Shown one piece after another: positions 18,180 to 33,655 of a stretch of DNA of 60,493 bases. Source of the DNA: an uncultured bacterium (GTDB taxonomy: Bacteria; Pseudomonadota; Gammaproteobacteria; Burkholderiales; SG8-39); the NCBI GenBank assembly GCA_965233185.1, contig CBDDSA010000090.1, positions 1-60,493 on the forward strand. The letters are read 5' to 3'. Within the stretch, counting starts at the first letter, position 1; each line of letters begins with the position of its first letter. The notes under the pieces are model-generated. The model was not told the origin of the DNA. It was given only the letters and a program-made list of their open reading frames with translations, and ran no database searches. The translations under genes were made by a program, and so were the position numbers.

Positions 18180-19550
18180 ATCGCTTCTGCCTTCGAACAA
18201 CTTGGCCTGATCCCTCCGCTTGCGGCAGCCGTAGCCGACCTAGGCTACGACAAGCCCACGCCCGTCCAGGAGCAGGCAATCCCGCTGGTGCTCGCCGGGC
18301 GCGACCTCATGGCCGGCGCCCAGACCGGCACCGGCAAGACCGCCGCGTTCGCCCTGCCGATCCTGCAGCGGCTGTTCCCGCAGGCGAGCAGCTCCGCTTC
18401 GCCCGCCCGGCACCCGGTGCGGGCGCTCGTGCTGACGCCGACGCGCGAGCTTGCCGTGCAGGTGGCGGGGAGTTTTCGTGACTATGGCCGGCACGTTCCG
18501 CTGCGCAGCACCGTGGTCTACGGCGGTGTCGACATGAACGCCCAGATCCAGGAGCTGCGCCGCGGCGTGGAAGTGCTGGTGGCCACGCCCGGGCGGCTGC
18601 TCGATCACGTGCAGAACAAGACCGTAATGTTCAACCAGGTTGCCATGCTGGTACTGGACGAGGCCGACCGCATGCTCGACATGGGATTCCTGCCCGATAT
18701 CAAGCGGATCATCGCCCTTTTGCCGGCGAAGCGGCAGAACCTGCTGTTTTCGGCCACCTTCCCGGACGAGATCCGCACCCTGGCCAAGGCCCTGCTGACC
18801 GACCCGGCGGAAGTGCAGATCGCGGCCCGCAACGCCGTCGCCGACCTCGTGACCCACGTGCTGCATCCGGTGGCGCGCGAGAAGAAGCGCGAGCTGCTCG
18901 CCTACCTCATCCAGACGCGCGCGCTGAAGCAGGTGCTGGTGTTCACCGGCACGCGCATCGGGACAAACCGCCTCGCGCACCAGCTGCGGCGCGACCATAT
19001 CCATGCCGACGCGATCCACGGCGACAAGTCGCAGGCCGAGCGCGAGCTTGCGCTCGACGACTTCAAGGCCGGCAAGACCGCGGTGCTGGTGGCCACCGAC
19101 GTCGCTTCGCGCGGCCTGGACACCGAGGGCCTGCCGCAGGTCATCAACTTCGACGTGCCGCATTCACCCGAGGACTACGTGCACCGTATCGGCCGCACCG
19201 GGCGGGCCGGCCTCACGGGCGAGGCCATCTCGCTGGTCGCTCCGGAGGACATGGAGTCGATCGCCGCAATCGAGAAGCTGATCAAGAAGCGCATCGAGCG
19301 GGTGCTGATTCCGGGCTTCGAGCCCAATGCCGGCACCGTCGCCACGCTGATGGGCGGCCAGTCGTCCCGGCATCCGGCGGTGCGGCGCGAGGCGCGGCCG
19401 CAAGGCAGGAAGCCGCCCGCCGACCCGATCTTCTCCAAGCCCTACGAGCCTTCCGGGGCGGCGCCGGAGGCGCCCAAGCCGGAAGCGCCGCGCTCCAAGC
19501 GCAAGCAGCCGCAGGTCGCCGCCCTGCTGGGCGGATTGAAAAGAGCCTAG
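18180..19550 (+). CDS. rhlE: DEAD-box RNA helicase (RhlE-like)
   Basis: Q-motif F..LGL...GY..PTPVQ upstream of the tracked GTG; AQTGTGKT, PTRELA, TPGRLLD, DEAD, SAT, HRIGRTGRAG; the reading frame opens after TAA 18168 and the first plausible start is ATC 18180. Confidence 0.92.
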   Translation: MASAFEQLGLIPPLAAAVADLGYDKPTPVQEQAIPLVLAGRDLMAGAQTGTGKTAAFALPILQRLFPQASSSASPARHPVRALVLTPTRELAVQVAGSFRDYGRHVPLRSTVVYGGVDMNAQIQELRRGVEVLVATPGRLLDHVQNKTVMFNQVAMLVLDEADRMLDMGFLPDIKRIIALLPAKRQNLLFSATFPDEIRTLAKALLTDPAEVQIAARNAVADLVTHVLHPVAREKKRELLAYLIQTRALKQVLVFTGTRIGTNRLAHQLRRDHIHADAIHGDKSQAERELALDDFKAGKTAVLVATDVASRGLDTEGLPQVINFDVPHSPEDYVHRIGRTGRAGLTGEAISLVAPEDMESIAAIEKLIKKRIERVLIPGFEPNAGTVATLMGGQSSRHPAVRREARPQGRKPPADPIFSKPYEPSGAAPEAPKPEAPRSKRKQPQVAALLGGLKRA

Positions 19551-20284
19551 ACGCAGCGCGCGCCGTCGACCTCGATGCATACCCCGCTGATGAGGCTCGC
19601 CTCGTCGGAGGCGAGGTAGAGGCAGGCGTTGGCCACGTCGAGCGGCGTGGAGAACCGGCCGAGCGGGATGGTTGCCAGGAAAGCCTTCTTCGCCTCTTCG
19701 GTGAGCGCGCCGCCGGCGAATTCGGCGGACAAGGCGGTCTCCGGGCTGAACACCGGGTTCACGCAGTTGACGCGGATGCGCTCGGCGCCAAGCTCGCCGG
19801 CCATGGATTTCGACAGCACGATGACCGCACCCTTGGAGCTGTTGTAGACCGTGAGGCCCGGGCGCGGGCGGATGCCGGCGGTGGAGGCGATGTTGACGAA
19901 GCAGCCGCCGCCGCGCTTGCGGAACACCGGCACCGCATGCAGCGCGGACAGGTACACGCTTTTCACGTTCACGGCGTAGACCTTGTCGAACTCCTGCTCG
20001 GTCACCTCCAGGTACGGCTTGCGGCGGTGGGTCCAGCCGGCGTTGTTCACCACGATGTCCAGCGCCGGGCCGGCTGCGCGCACCAGGCGCGCCCAGTCCT
20101 CGCCCTTGGTGACGTCCGCCTCCACGAAGCTGCCGCCGATCTCCTTCGCCACCCGCTCGCCGTTCTTCGCGTCGATGTCGCTCACCACCACGCGCGCGCC
20201 CTCCTCGGCGAAGCGACGGGCGATCCCGGCGCCGAAGCCCGAGGCGGCTCCGGTGACGATGGCGAGCTTGTTGGTGAGCCGCAT
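19547..20284 (-). CDS. Short-chain dehydrogenase/reductase
   Basis: TGAASGFG, NNAG, Y.SSK catalytic motif, VDGARCV end; GGAGGA SD. Confidence 0.92.
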   Translation of the reverse strand: MRLTNKLAIVTGAASGFGAGIARRFAEEGARVVVSDIDAKNGERVAKEIGGSFVEADVTKGEDWARLVRAAGPALDIVVNNAGWTHRRKPYLEVTEQEFDKVYAVNVKSVYLSALHAVPVFRKRGGGCFVNIASTAGIRPRPGLTVYNSSKGAVIVLSKSMAGELGAERIRVNCVNPVFSPETALSAEFAGGALTEEAKKAFLATIPLGRFSTPLDVANACLYLASDEASLISGVCIEVDGARCV

Positions 20285-20293
20285 CCGGTCCTC

Positions 20294-23331
<3,038 letters not shown>

Positions 23332-24000
23332 ATGGCCACAACGGTCTCCACGGCGGTGCTGAAGGCGGTGCCGCTTTTCTCGAGCGTTCCGGAGGACCAG
23401 CTGCGCATGCTCACCACGGTCGTGTCGCGCAAGAGCGTCGCGCGCTCGACCACGGTGATGTCCGGCGGCGACCCGACGGACTCGCTCTACATCGTCCTTT
23501 CCGGACGCCTCAAGGTGATGATGAGCGACGCCGAGGGCAAGGAAGTGATCCTGACCATCCTCGGCCCGGGCGAGTTCTTCGGCGAGATGGGGCTGATCGA
23601 CGACGAGCCGCGCTCGGCGAGCGTGGTCGCGATCGAGGCGTGCGAGCTCCTGTACATCGCCAAGCGCGACTTCAAGAAGTGCCTGGCCGACAACTTCGAG
23701 ATGAACATGGCGGTGATGCGCGGCCTGGTGAAACGCCTGCGCGAGGCCGACCGCAAGATCGGCAGCCTGGCGCTCCTCGACGTCTACGGCCGCGTGGCCC
23801 GGCTGCTGCTCGACATGTCGGAAAACGTCGATGGCGAGAAAATCGTCACCAAGCGGCTGCCCAAGCAGGACATCGCCAAGATGATCGGCGCCTCGCGCGA
23901 GATGGTGAGCCGGGTGATGAAGGACCTGCAGATGGGCGGCTACATCGAGATGCGCGGCTCCAACATCGTGCTGCGCGACTCCATCATCCTCCCGGAGTGA
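23332..24000 (+). CDS. CRP/FNR family transcriptional regulator (cNMP-binding type)
   Basis: [18 protein letters not shown] cNMP pocket, [13 protein letters not shown]; no FNR N-terminal Cys cluster. Confidence 0.9.
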   Translation: MATTVSTAVLKAVPLFSSVPEDQLRMLTTVVSRKSVARSTTVMSGGDPTDSLYIVLSGRLKVMMSDAEGKEVILTILGPGEFFGEMGLIDDEPRSASVVAIEACELLYIAKRDFKKCLADNFEMNMAVMRGLVKRLREADRKIGSLALLDVYGRVARLLLDMSENVDGEKIVTKRLPKQDIAKMIGASREMVSRVMKDLQMGGYIEMRGSNIVLRDSIILPE

Positions 24001-26270
24001 GCCGCACGGCCCAGAAAAGCGCCGCGCCTCTCCCCGCCAAGCTTGCCGGCCTGCTGCGCGAGGCCAAATGGCTGGCCGTCGTCGCGCTGGCGGCCTACCT
24101 GGTCCTGGTTTTTGCCACTTTCAACCGCGCCGACCCGGGCTGGTCGCACAGCGCCACCAACGCGGTCACGCGCAATGCCGGCGGCGTGGTCGGCGCCTTC
24201 ATCGCCGACTTGCTGCTGTATCTTTTCGGGCTGTCCGCCTATTGGTGGGTAGCGCTTTGCGTCTATGTCGTGGTGTGGGGCTACCGGCGGCTGGACGGCA
24301 GCGGCCTCATCGACCGCCGGCCGCTCGGCCTGGCGCTGGGCGGATTCCTGCTGTTGCTCGTTACCAGCGCCGCGCTCGAGGGCCTGCGGCTGCATAGCGT
24401 CGTCGCGCAGCTGCCCTACGGGCCGGGCGGCGTGGTCGGCGGCATCGGCCCTCTCCTGGCGAACCACCTCGGGTTTACCGGAGCGACCCTCCTGCTGCTC
24501 ATGCTGGCGGCGGTGGGCCTGAGCCTGTTCACCGGGATATCGTGGCTCGCCCTGTCTGAAGCCATCGGCCTCGCGCTGGAGCGGGCCTACGCCCGCACCC
24601 GCGACGCCTGGGACCGCCGCCGCGACCGCAAGCTCGGCGCGCTGGCGCGCGAAGAGCGCGAATTCGTGGTCGGCATCGAGAAGCTGCGCGAGGAGGATCA
24701 CCCGCCGCTGCGCATCGAGCCCCCGGTGAAGGAGATCCGCAAGTCCGAGCGCGTGCAGAAGGAAAAGCAGGCGCCGCTGTTCGAGGAGCTGCCCGACACG
24801 CCGCTGCCGCCGCTCAAGCTGCTCGACGAGGCGCGACAGGAGGGCGAGCAGGTGAGCGCCGAGACGCTCGAGTTCACCTCGCGGCTGATCGAGAAGAAGC
24901 TGTCCGATTTCGGCGTGTCGGTGAAGGTGCTCGCCGCCTACCCGGGGCCGGTCATCACGCGCTACGAGATCGAGCCGGCGGTGGGCGTCAAGGGCAGCCA
25001 GATCGTCAACCTGGTGAAGGACCTGGCGCGCGCCCTGTCGGTGGTATCCATCCGGGTGGTCGAGACGATCCCGGGCAAGTCCTGCATGGGCCTGGAGATC
25101 CCCAATCCGCAGCGCCAGACGGTGCGCCTGTCCGAGATCCTGGGCTCCGAGGCCTACCACGCCATGCACTCGCCGCTCGCCCTCGCGCTGGGCAAGGATA
25201 TCGCGGGCAACCCGGTGGTCGCCGACCTCGCGCGCATGCCGCATCTGCTGGTCGCCGGCACCACCGGCTCGGGCAAGTCGGTGGCGCTGAACGCGATGAT
25301 CCTGTCGCTGCTCTACAAGGCCGAGCTGCCGCACGTGCGCCTCATCCTGATCGACCCGAAGATGCTCGAGCTCTCGGTCTACCAGGACATCCCCCACCTG
25401 CTCGCGCCGGTGGTCACCGACATGAAGCAGGCGACCAACGCCCTGGGCTGGTGCGTGGCGGAGATGGACCGGCGCTACAAGCTGATGAACTGGCTCGGGG
25501 TGCGCAACCTGTCGGGCTTCAACCACAAGGTCGCAGAGGCCGAGAAGCAGGGCCGCAAGCTGGACGATCCGTTCACCCTGGATGCGGGCGAGCCGCAGCC
25601 GATCCAGCCCCTGCCGCACCTCGTGCTGGTGATCGACGAGCACGCCGACCTGATGATGGTGGTCGGCAAGAAAGTCGAGGAGCTGATCGCGCGCCTGGCG
25701 CAGAAGGCGCGCGCCGCGGGCATCCACCTGATTCTCGCCACGCAACGGCCCTCGGTCGACGTGATTACCGGCCTTATCAAGGCGAACATCCCCACCCGCA
25801 TCGCGTTCCAGGTGTCCTCCAAAGTGGATTCGCGCACCATCCTCGACCAGTCCGGCGCCGAGGCGCTGCTCGGCTCGGGCGACATGCTCTACCTGCCTCC
25901 GGGCACCGGGCTGCCGCAGCGCGTGCACGGCGCTTTCGTCGCCGACCACGAGGTGCACAAGGTGGTGGAGCACCTGAAGAGCCTGGCCAAGCCCGAGTAC
26001 CTCGGCGAGGTGCTGGAGCCCGCGGGTTCCGACGAGCCGGGCCTAAACGCTTCCGGCGAGCCGACCGGGGAAAAAGACCCGCTGTACGACCAGGCGGTGG
26101 AGATCGTGCTGCGCACGCGCCGGCCGTCCATTTCCCTGGTGCAGCGCCACCTGCGCATCGGCTACAACCGCGCCGCGCGCCTGATCGAGGACATGGAGCG
26201 CGCCGGCATGGTGTCTGCGATGCAGACCAACGGCAACCGCGAGGTATTGGTCCCGGCGAAGGCGGAGTAA
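23997..26270 (+). CDS. ftsK: DNA translocase FtsK
   Basis: GTG start overlapping the CRP-gene stop; 4TM N-terminus, [33 protein letters not shown], gamma domain [14 protein letters not shown]. Confidence 0.96.
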   Translation: MSRTAQKSAAPLPAKLAGLLREAKWLAVVALAAYLVLVFATFNRADPGWSHSATNAVTRNAGGVVGAFIADLLLYLFGLSAYWWVALCVYVVVWGYRRLDGSGLIDRRPLGLALGGFLLLLVTSAALEGLRLHSVVAQLPYGPGGVVGGIGPLLANHLGFTGATLLLLMLAAVGLSLFTGISWLALSEAIGLALERAYARTRDAWDRRRDRKLGALAREEREFVVGIEKLREEDHPPLRIEPPVKEIRKSERVQKEKQAPLFEELPDTPLPPLKLLDEARQEGEQVSAETLEFTSRLIEKKLSDFGVSVKVLAAYPGPVITRYEIEPAVGVKGSQIVNLVKDLARALSVVSIRVVETIPGKSCMGLEIPNPQRQTVRLSEILGSEAYHAMHSPLALALGKDIAGNPVVADLARMPHLLVAGTTGSGKSVALNAMILSLLYKAELPHVRLILIDPKMLELSVYQDIPHLLAPVVTDMKQATNALGWCVAEMDRRYKLMNWLGVRNLSGFNHKVAEAEKQGRKLDDPFTLDAGEPQPIQPLPHLVLVIDEHADLMMVVGKKVEELIARLAQKARAAGIHLILATQRPSVDVITGLIKANIPTRIAFQVSSKVDSRTILDQSGAEALLGSGDMLYLPPGTGLPQRVHGAFVADHEVHKVVEHLKSLAKPEYLGEVLEPAGSDEPGLNASGEPTGEKDPLYDQAVEIVLRTRRPSISLVQRHLRIGYNRAARLIEDMERAGMVSAMQTNGNREVLVPAKAE

Positions 26271-26280
26271 GCTTGGCCTG

Positions 26281-26885
26281 ATGAAGTTTTTTCTCCTGCC
26301 CCTCGCATTTGTCATGTTCGCGGCGCACGCGGACAGTCTCGACCGCTTCAAGACCTTCCTGCGCGACACGCAGTCGGCGCGTGCCGATTTCGAGCAGAAG
26401 GTCTACGGGCGCGAGGGCAAGCTCGTGCAGGAGTCGAGCGGCAGCTTCGTGTTCCAGCGGCCGGGGCGCTTTCGCTGGACCTACGCCAAGCCGGTGGACC
26501 AGCTCATCGTCGGCGACGGCGAGCGCGTATGGATCTACGATCGCGACCTGAACCAGGTCACCGTGCGCCGCCTGTCGCGCGCGCTCGGCTCGACGCCTGC
26601 GGCGCTGCTCGCCGGCGCGAGCGATGTCGAGAAGGCCTTCGAGCTGCGCGACGCGGGCAGCCGCGACGGGCTGGAATGGATGCAGGCGCGGCCCAAGGAG
26701 CCCGAGGCCGGGTTCGAGGTGGTGCGCATGGGTTTCGGCCCGCAGGGCGTGCAGGCGATGGAGCTGGTGGACCACTTCGGCCACACCACACGGCTCGGCT
26801 TCAGCAACCTGCAGCGCAATCCGAAGATCGACCCGGGGGAGTTCCGCTTCGAGCCCCCGCCGGGGGCCGACGTCCTCGGGGAAAA

Positions 26886-26889
<4 letters not shown>
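26281..26889 (+). CDS. lolA: Outer-membrane lipoprotein carrier protein
   Basis: Signal peptide; ADFEQ, RPGRFRW.Y, IVGDG..VW.YD.DL.QVT; position between ftsK and rarA. Confidence 0.94.
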
Positions 26890-29422
<2,533 letters not shown>

Positions 29423-29442
29423 AATGCCCCCTCGTCGGCCGC

Positions 29443-29533
<91 letters not shown>

Positions 29534-29544
29534 TTCCCTGGTAG

Positions 29545-31872
29545 ATGAACGCACCCGAATTGCAGGTCCAGTTCGACCCCGCGTCGGCGCGCTTCGGCGC
29601 CGCGCGCTCGCAGAAGCGCATCGAGGACGACCGGCTGCTCGCCGGCAAAGGCCGGTTCAGCGACGACCGCGAGTTCCCGGGCGAGGCATGGCTGGTGGTG
29701 CTGCGCTCGCCGCATGCGCACGCTCGCATCGTTTCTACTGATTTAAGTTCTTCAAGAAGCGCACCAGGCGTGATCGCGGCCTGGGCCATGGCCGACCTGC
29801 GCGCCGACGGCGTCGGACACATCCCGTTTCCGCCCGCGTTCAAGCGCGCCGACGGCTCGCCGATGGCGGCGCCGCCGCGCACGCTGCTCGCCGAAGACGT
29901 GGTGCGCTACGTCGGGCAACCCGTTGTGGCGGTGATCGCGCAGACGCGCGCCCAGGCGCAGGACGCGGCCGAGCTCGCCGTGGTGGAGTACGAGGACCTT
30001 CCCTGCGTGACCGATGCGGTTGCGGCCATCGCGCCCGGCGCACCGCTCGTGTGGCCGGAGGCCGCGGGCAACGTGGCCGCGGAAGCGACCTACGGGGATG
30101 CAGAGTCGGTCGATAAAGCATTTGCCGGAGCCGCGCATGTCACGACGCTCGAGCTGCACAACCAGCGCCTGATCGCCGTGGCGATGGAGCCGCGCGCCTG
30201 CATCGGCGTAGTGGAGGGCGGGCGCACCACCCTGTACACGCAGAACCAGACGCCCACCGGGGCGCGCGAGCTGCTGGCCGCGGTGTTCCGCGCAAGGCCG
30301 GAGGACTTTCGCGTGGTGAACGGCGACATCGGCGGCGGCTTCGGCATGAAGACCGGCCTCGCGCCCGAGGACGCGCTGGTGTGCCACGCGGCGCGCAAGC
30401 TGGGCCGGCCGGTGCGCTGGCGCGGCGAGCGCAGCGAGGAGTTCCTCGGCGCGCACATGGGCCGCGACCAGCACTTCACCGCGAGCCTCGCGCTCGAGCG
30501 CGACGGCCGCATCCTCGCGCTGCGCATGCAGATGCTGGGCAACATCGGCGCGCTGCCGGTGGGCTCGTCGGCCATCATCCCGCTCGCTCTCGGCCCCAAG
30601 GTGCAGACGACCGTGTACCGCGTCCCGGCGGTGCACTACCGCGTCAGGGCGGTGCTGACGCACACCATGGCTACCGGCGCGTACCGCGGCGCCGGCCGCC
30701 CGGAGGCCAACTTTCTCATGGAGCGGCTGGTGGAGAAGGCGGCGCGCGAAATGCGGCTCGATCCGGTCGAGGTACGCCGGCGCAACCTGATCGCGCCGCA
30801 CGAGTTTCCGTGGCGCACGCACCTGGGCGATGTCTACGACAGCGGCAACTTCCCGCGCATCCTCGACCAGGCGCTTGCGGCGGCCGATTGGAAGGGCTTC
30901 GAAGGGCGGCGCGCCGAGTCGCAGCGCCGCGGCTTGCTGCGGGGGCGCGGCATTTCCGTCTACCTCGAGTGGACCGGCGCCATACCCAGCGAGACCGTCG
31001 ACATCGAGGTTCGCGCGGATGGCACGGTGACCGTATTTTCGGGCACCCAGGCCATGGGCCAAGGCTTGGAAACCAGCTATACCCAGCTCGTCATCGAGCT
31101 TCTCGGAGTGCCGGCCACATGCATAAAAATCATTCAGGGTGATACCGACCGGGCCAACGGCGTGGGCAGCGTGGGCTCGCGCTCGGCGTTCGTCGGCGGC
31201 TCGGCGCTGGTGGCTGCGGGGCGCCGCCTGATCGCGCGCGGCAGCGAGCTCGCCGCCGAAGCGCTCGAAGCGGCGGCCTCGGACATCGAATTCCATGAGG
31301 GCCGGTTCCGCATTGCGGGCACCGATCGCTCGGTTTCCCTTTCCGAGATTGCCGGGAGGCAACCCCGCAACGTGATCCGCGTCTCGGCGACCGAGACGCC
31401 GTCGACGCCGTCGTGGCCCAACGGCGCCCAGGTATGCGAAGTTGAAGTCGATCCCGATACCGGCGAGGTGCGCCTTGCGCGCATTACGAGCTGCGACGAC
31501 ATCGGGCGCATCATCAACCATGCCATCGTCGAGGGGCAGATCCACGGCGGGGTGGCGCAGGGCGCTGGCCAGGCGCTCTACGAGCAGGCGGTGTACGACG
31601 GCGCCAGCGGCCAGCTCCTCACGGGCTCGATGATGGACTACTGCGTGCCGCGCGCCGACCAGTTCCCGCCGTTGCACGCCACCTTCGACGAAAGCATTCC
31701 CTGCCGCACCAACCTGCTGGGCGTCAAAGGTTGCGGCGAGCTCGGCACCATCGGCGCCGCGCCGGCCGTGGTGCACGCGGTGCTCGACGCGCTCAGCGAC
31801 AAGGGCGTGCTGCACCTGGAGATGCCGCTCACCCCGGAAAAAGTATGGAGGGCGCTGCACGGTCGCCCATGA
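29545..31872 (+). CDS. Xanthine dehydrogenase family molybdopterin-binding subunit (form II CoxL-like)
   Basis: LRSPHAHARI, MEPRAC, GGGFGMK, AYRGAGRPEA, MGQG, GQIHGG.AQG.G, KGCGE. Confidence 0.9.
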   Translation: MNAPELQVQFDPASARFGAARSQKRIEDDRLLAGKGRFSDDREFPGEAWLVVLRSPHAHARIVSTDLSSSRSAPGVIAAWAMADLRADGVGHIPFPPAFKRADGSPMAAPPRTLLAEDVVRYVGQPVVAVIAQTRAQAQDAAELAVVEYEDLPCVTDAVAAIAPGAPLVWPEAAGNVAAEATYGDAESVDKAFAGAAHVTTLELHNQRLIAVAMEPRACIGVVEGGRTTLYTQNQTPTGARELLAAVFRARPEDFRVVNGDIGGGFGMKTGLAPEDALVCHAARKLGRPVRWRGERSEEFLGAHMGRDQHFTASLALERDGRILALRMQMLGNIGALPVGSSAIIPLALGPKVQTTVYRVPAVHYRVRAVLTHTMATGAYRGAGRPEANFLMERLVEKAAREMRLDPVEVRRRNLIAPHEFPWRTHLGDVYDSGNFPRILDQALAAADWKGFEGRRAESQRRGLLRGRGISVYLEWTGAIPSETVDIEVRADGTVTVFSGTQAMGQGLETSYTQLVIELLGVPATCIKIIQGDTDRANGVGSVGSRSAFVGGSALVAAGRRLIARGSELAAEALEAAASDIEFHEGRFRIAGTDRSVSLSEIAGRQPRNVIRVSATETPSTPSWPNGAQVCEVEVDPDTGEVRLARITSCDDIGRIINHAIVEGQIHGGVAQGAGQALYEQAVYDGASGQLLTGSMMDYCVPRADQFPPLHATFDESIPCRTNLLGVKGCGELGTIGAAPAVVHAVLDALSDKGVLHLEMPLTPEKVWRALHGRP

Positions 31873-32585
31873 ACCGCACGCTCCATTACGCGATCGCGCT
31901 CTCGATTGCGTTGCATGGAGTGATCTTGTTCGGCCTGTCGCCGGAGCGCAGGGCCGGGAAGCCGGCGGCGCCGCCGCCGCTGGAAGCGCGGCTGGTCGAG
32001 CCGCCTGCGCCGCCCGCGCCTGCGCCGCCCGCGCCTCCGCCGCCTGCGCCCAAGGTCGAGCCCGTAAGGCCCGCGCCGCCGCCCAGGCCGGTGATCAAGC
32101 CCATAGCGCGCCCAAAGCCGCCGCCGCCCGCCCCGGTGGCCAAGCCGGCGCCCGAGCCTCAACCCGAATCCAAGCCGGATCCTCAGCCTGAACCGGTAAG
32201 GCCACCCGCGCCCGCGTCACCGACGATTGCGAGAGTAGAACCCACGCCGGCGCCCGGACCCACCGCCGAGCAGCTCGAAGCCCTCACGCGCGAGCAGTAC
32301 CGGCTGGCGCTCATCAACGCGGCACGCGGCCATAACCGCTACCCGCCGCTTGCGCGGGAAAACAACTGGGAAGGCGAGGTGCGCGTGCGCCTGGACATCG
32401 GCGCGGATGGCGCGGTTTCGCTGGCCGTCGAAAAAAGCTCGGGGCACGCGGTGCTGGACCGGCAGGCGCTGGAGATGTTCAGGCGGGCGCAGGCACAGGT
32501 GCCGGTGCCGCCGTCGCTGCGCGGCAGGGCCGTCAGCTTCGAGCTGCGCGCCATCTACAACCTAAAGGATCAGGTCTCCGGCTGA
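31869..32585 (+). CDS. TonB-like energy transducer
   Basis: N-terminal TM with S...H, Pro-rich spacer, YP..AR....EG.V and SSG...LD..A C-terminal domain. Confidence 0.85.
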   Translation: MNRTLHYAIALSIALHGVILFGLSPERRAGKPAAPPPLEARLVEPPAPPAPAPPAPPPPAPKVEPVRPAPPPRPVIKPIARPKPPPPAPVAKPAPEPQPESKPDPQPEPVRPPAPASPTIARVEPTPAPGPTAEQLEALTREQYRLALINAARGHNRYPPLARENNWEGEVRVRLDIGADGAVSLAVEKSSGHAVLDRQALEMFRRAQAQVPVPPSLRGRAVSFELRAIYNLKDQVSG

Positions 32586-33619
32586 AACGCCACGACGTGG
32601 TCGACGTCGAGGCGGATGCCGATGCGCTCGCCCAGGGCATGGTTGTGGTGGCTGGGTACCAGCGCGAGCACCTTGCGGCCGCTCGCAAGGCGCAGCGTGT
32701 AGAGGATGTCGGCGCCGCGAAACGCCTTGTGCACCACTTCGGCCTGCGTCGAGGCCGCATCGTCGTGCACCACGTCGTCCGGGCGCAGCAGCACCTCTAC
32801 CATGCTGCCTTCGGCCGCGGCCGCGCCGTGCAGCACGCCGAGCTCGATTTCGAGCTCGCTCGGCCCGAGCGCGCGCGCCGGGAGGAACACGCCCTGGCCG
32901 ACGAAGTCCGCGACAAAGCGGTTCGCTGGACGGTGATACAGGTTGTAGGCGGTGTCCCACTGCTGGATGCAGCCGCGGTGCAGGACGCCGATCTCGTCGG
33001 CCACGGCGAACGCCTCGTTCTGGTCGTGCGTGACCAGGATGGCGGTCGCGCCGCTCGCGCGGATGATGTCGCGGACCTCCAGCGACAGCCGTTCGCGCAG
33101 CTCTACGTCGAGGTTGGAGAACGGCTCGTCGAGCAACAGCAGCTCCGGACGCGGCGCCAGGGCGCGCGCCAGCGCCACGCGCTGCTGCTGGCCGCCCGAC
33201 ATCTCGAACGGATAGCGGCGCAGCACCTTCGACAGCCCGACCAGCTCGGCCAGCTCTCGCAGGCGCGCCGCGCGCTCCTCCTCCGGCCAGCCGTGCAGGC
33301 CGAACGCGATGTTGTCGGCGATGCGCAGGTGCGGGAACAGCGCGTAGTCCTGGAACACCATGCCGATGCGCCGCTTTTCGGGCGGGACGGTGAGCCCGGG
33401 CCGGGACACCAGCTGCCCGCCCAGGCGGATCTCGCCCTCTTGCACGCTCTCGAAGCCGGCGATGCAGCGCAGGACCGTGGTCTTGCCGCAGCCGCTGGGG
33501 CCGAGCAGGCAGCCGATCGTGCCGCGCGACAGCGTGAACGACAGGCCGCGCACCACTTCATGATCGCCATACGCGTGGCGCAGGCCGGTGACTTCAAGCT
33601 GTGCTGAATTAAGAATCAT
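32570..33619 (-). CDS. fbpC: Fe(III) ABC transporter ATP-binding subunit (FbpC-like)
   Basis: GPSGCGKTT, VFQDYALFPH, MSGGQQQR, LLLDEPFSNLD, TOBE C-terminus; start ATG 33619 inferred. Confidence 0.88.
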   Translation of the reverse strand: MILNSAQLEVTGLRHAYGDHEVVRGLSFTLSRGTIGCLLGPSGCGKTTVLRCIAGFESVQEGEIRLGGQLVSRPGLTVPPEKRRIGMVFQDYALFPHLRIADNIAFGLHGWPEEERAARLRELAELVGLSKVLRRYPFEMSGGQQQRVALARALAPRPELLLLDEPFSNLDVELRERLSLEVRDIIRASGATAILVTHDQNEAFAVADEIGVLHRGCIQQWDTAYNLYHRPANRFVADFVGQGVFLPARALGPSELEIELGVLHGAAAAEGSMVEVLLRPDDVVHDDAASTQAEVVHKAFRGADILYTLRLASGRKVLALVPSHHNHALGERIGIRLDVDHVVAFQPET

Positions 33620-33626
33620 TCTTGTT
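33607..33626. promoter_or_regulatory. Fur-box-like palindrome between divergent fbpC and fbpB
   Basis: AATTAAGAAT-C-ATTCTTGTT (AAGAAT-N-ATTCTT dyad) in an AT-rich island overlapping the fbpC start codon. Confidence 0.65.
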
Positions 33627-33655
33627 AGAATAACATAGCCTTTCTTATCAATAAT

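Noticed and set aside
29545..31872. Aerobic CO dehydrogenase (CO oxidation capacity)
   Set aside because: Active-site loop is AYRGAGR, not the form I AYxCSFR, and coxS/coxM/accessory genes are absent
31960..32260. Repetitive CCG-rich DNA as a possible repeat array
   Set aside because: It encodes the ordinary proline-rich TonB spacer
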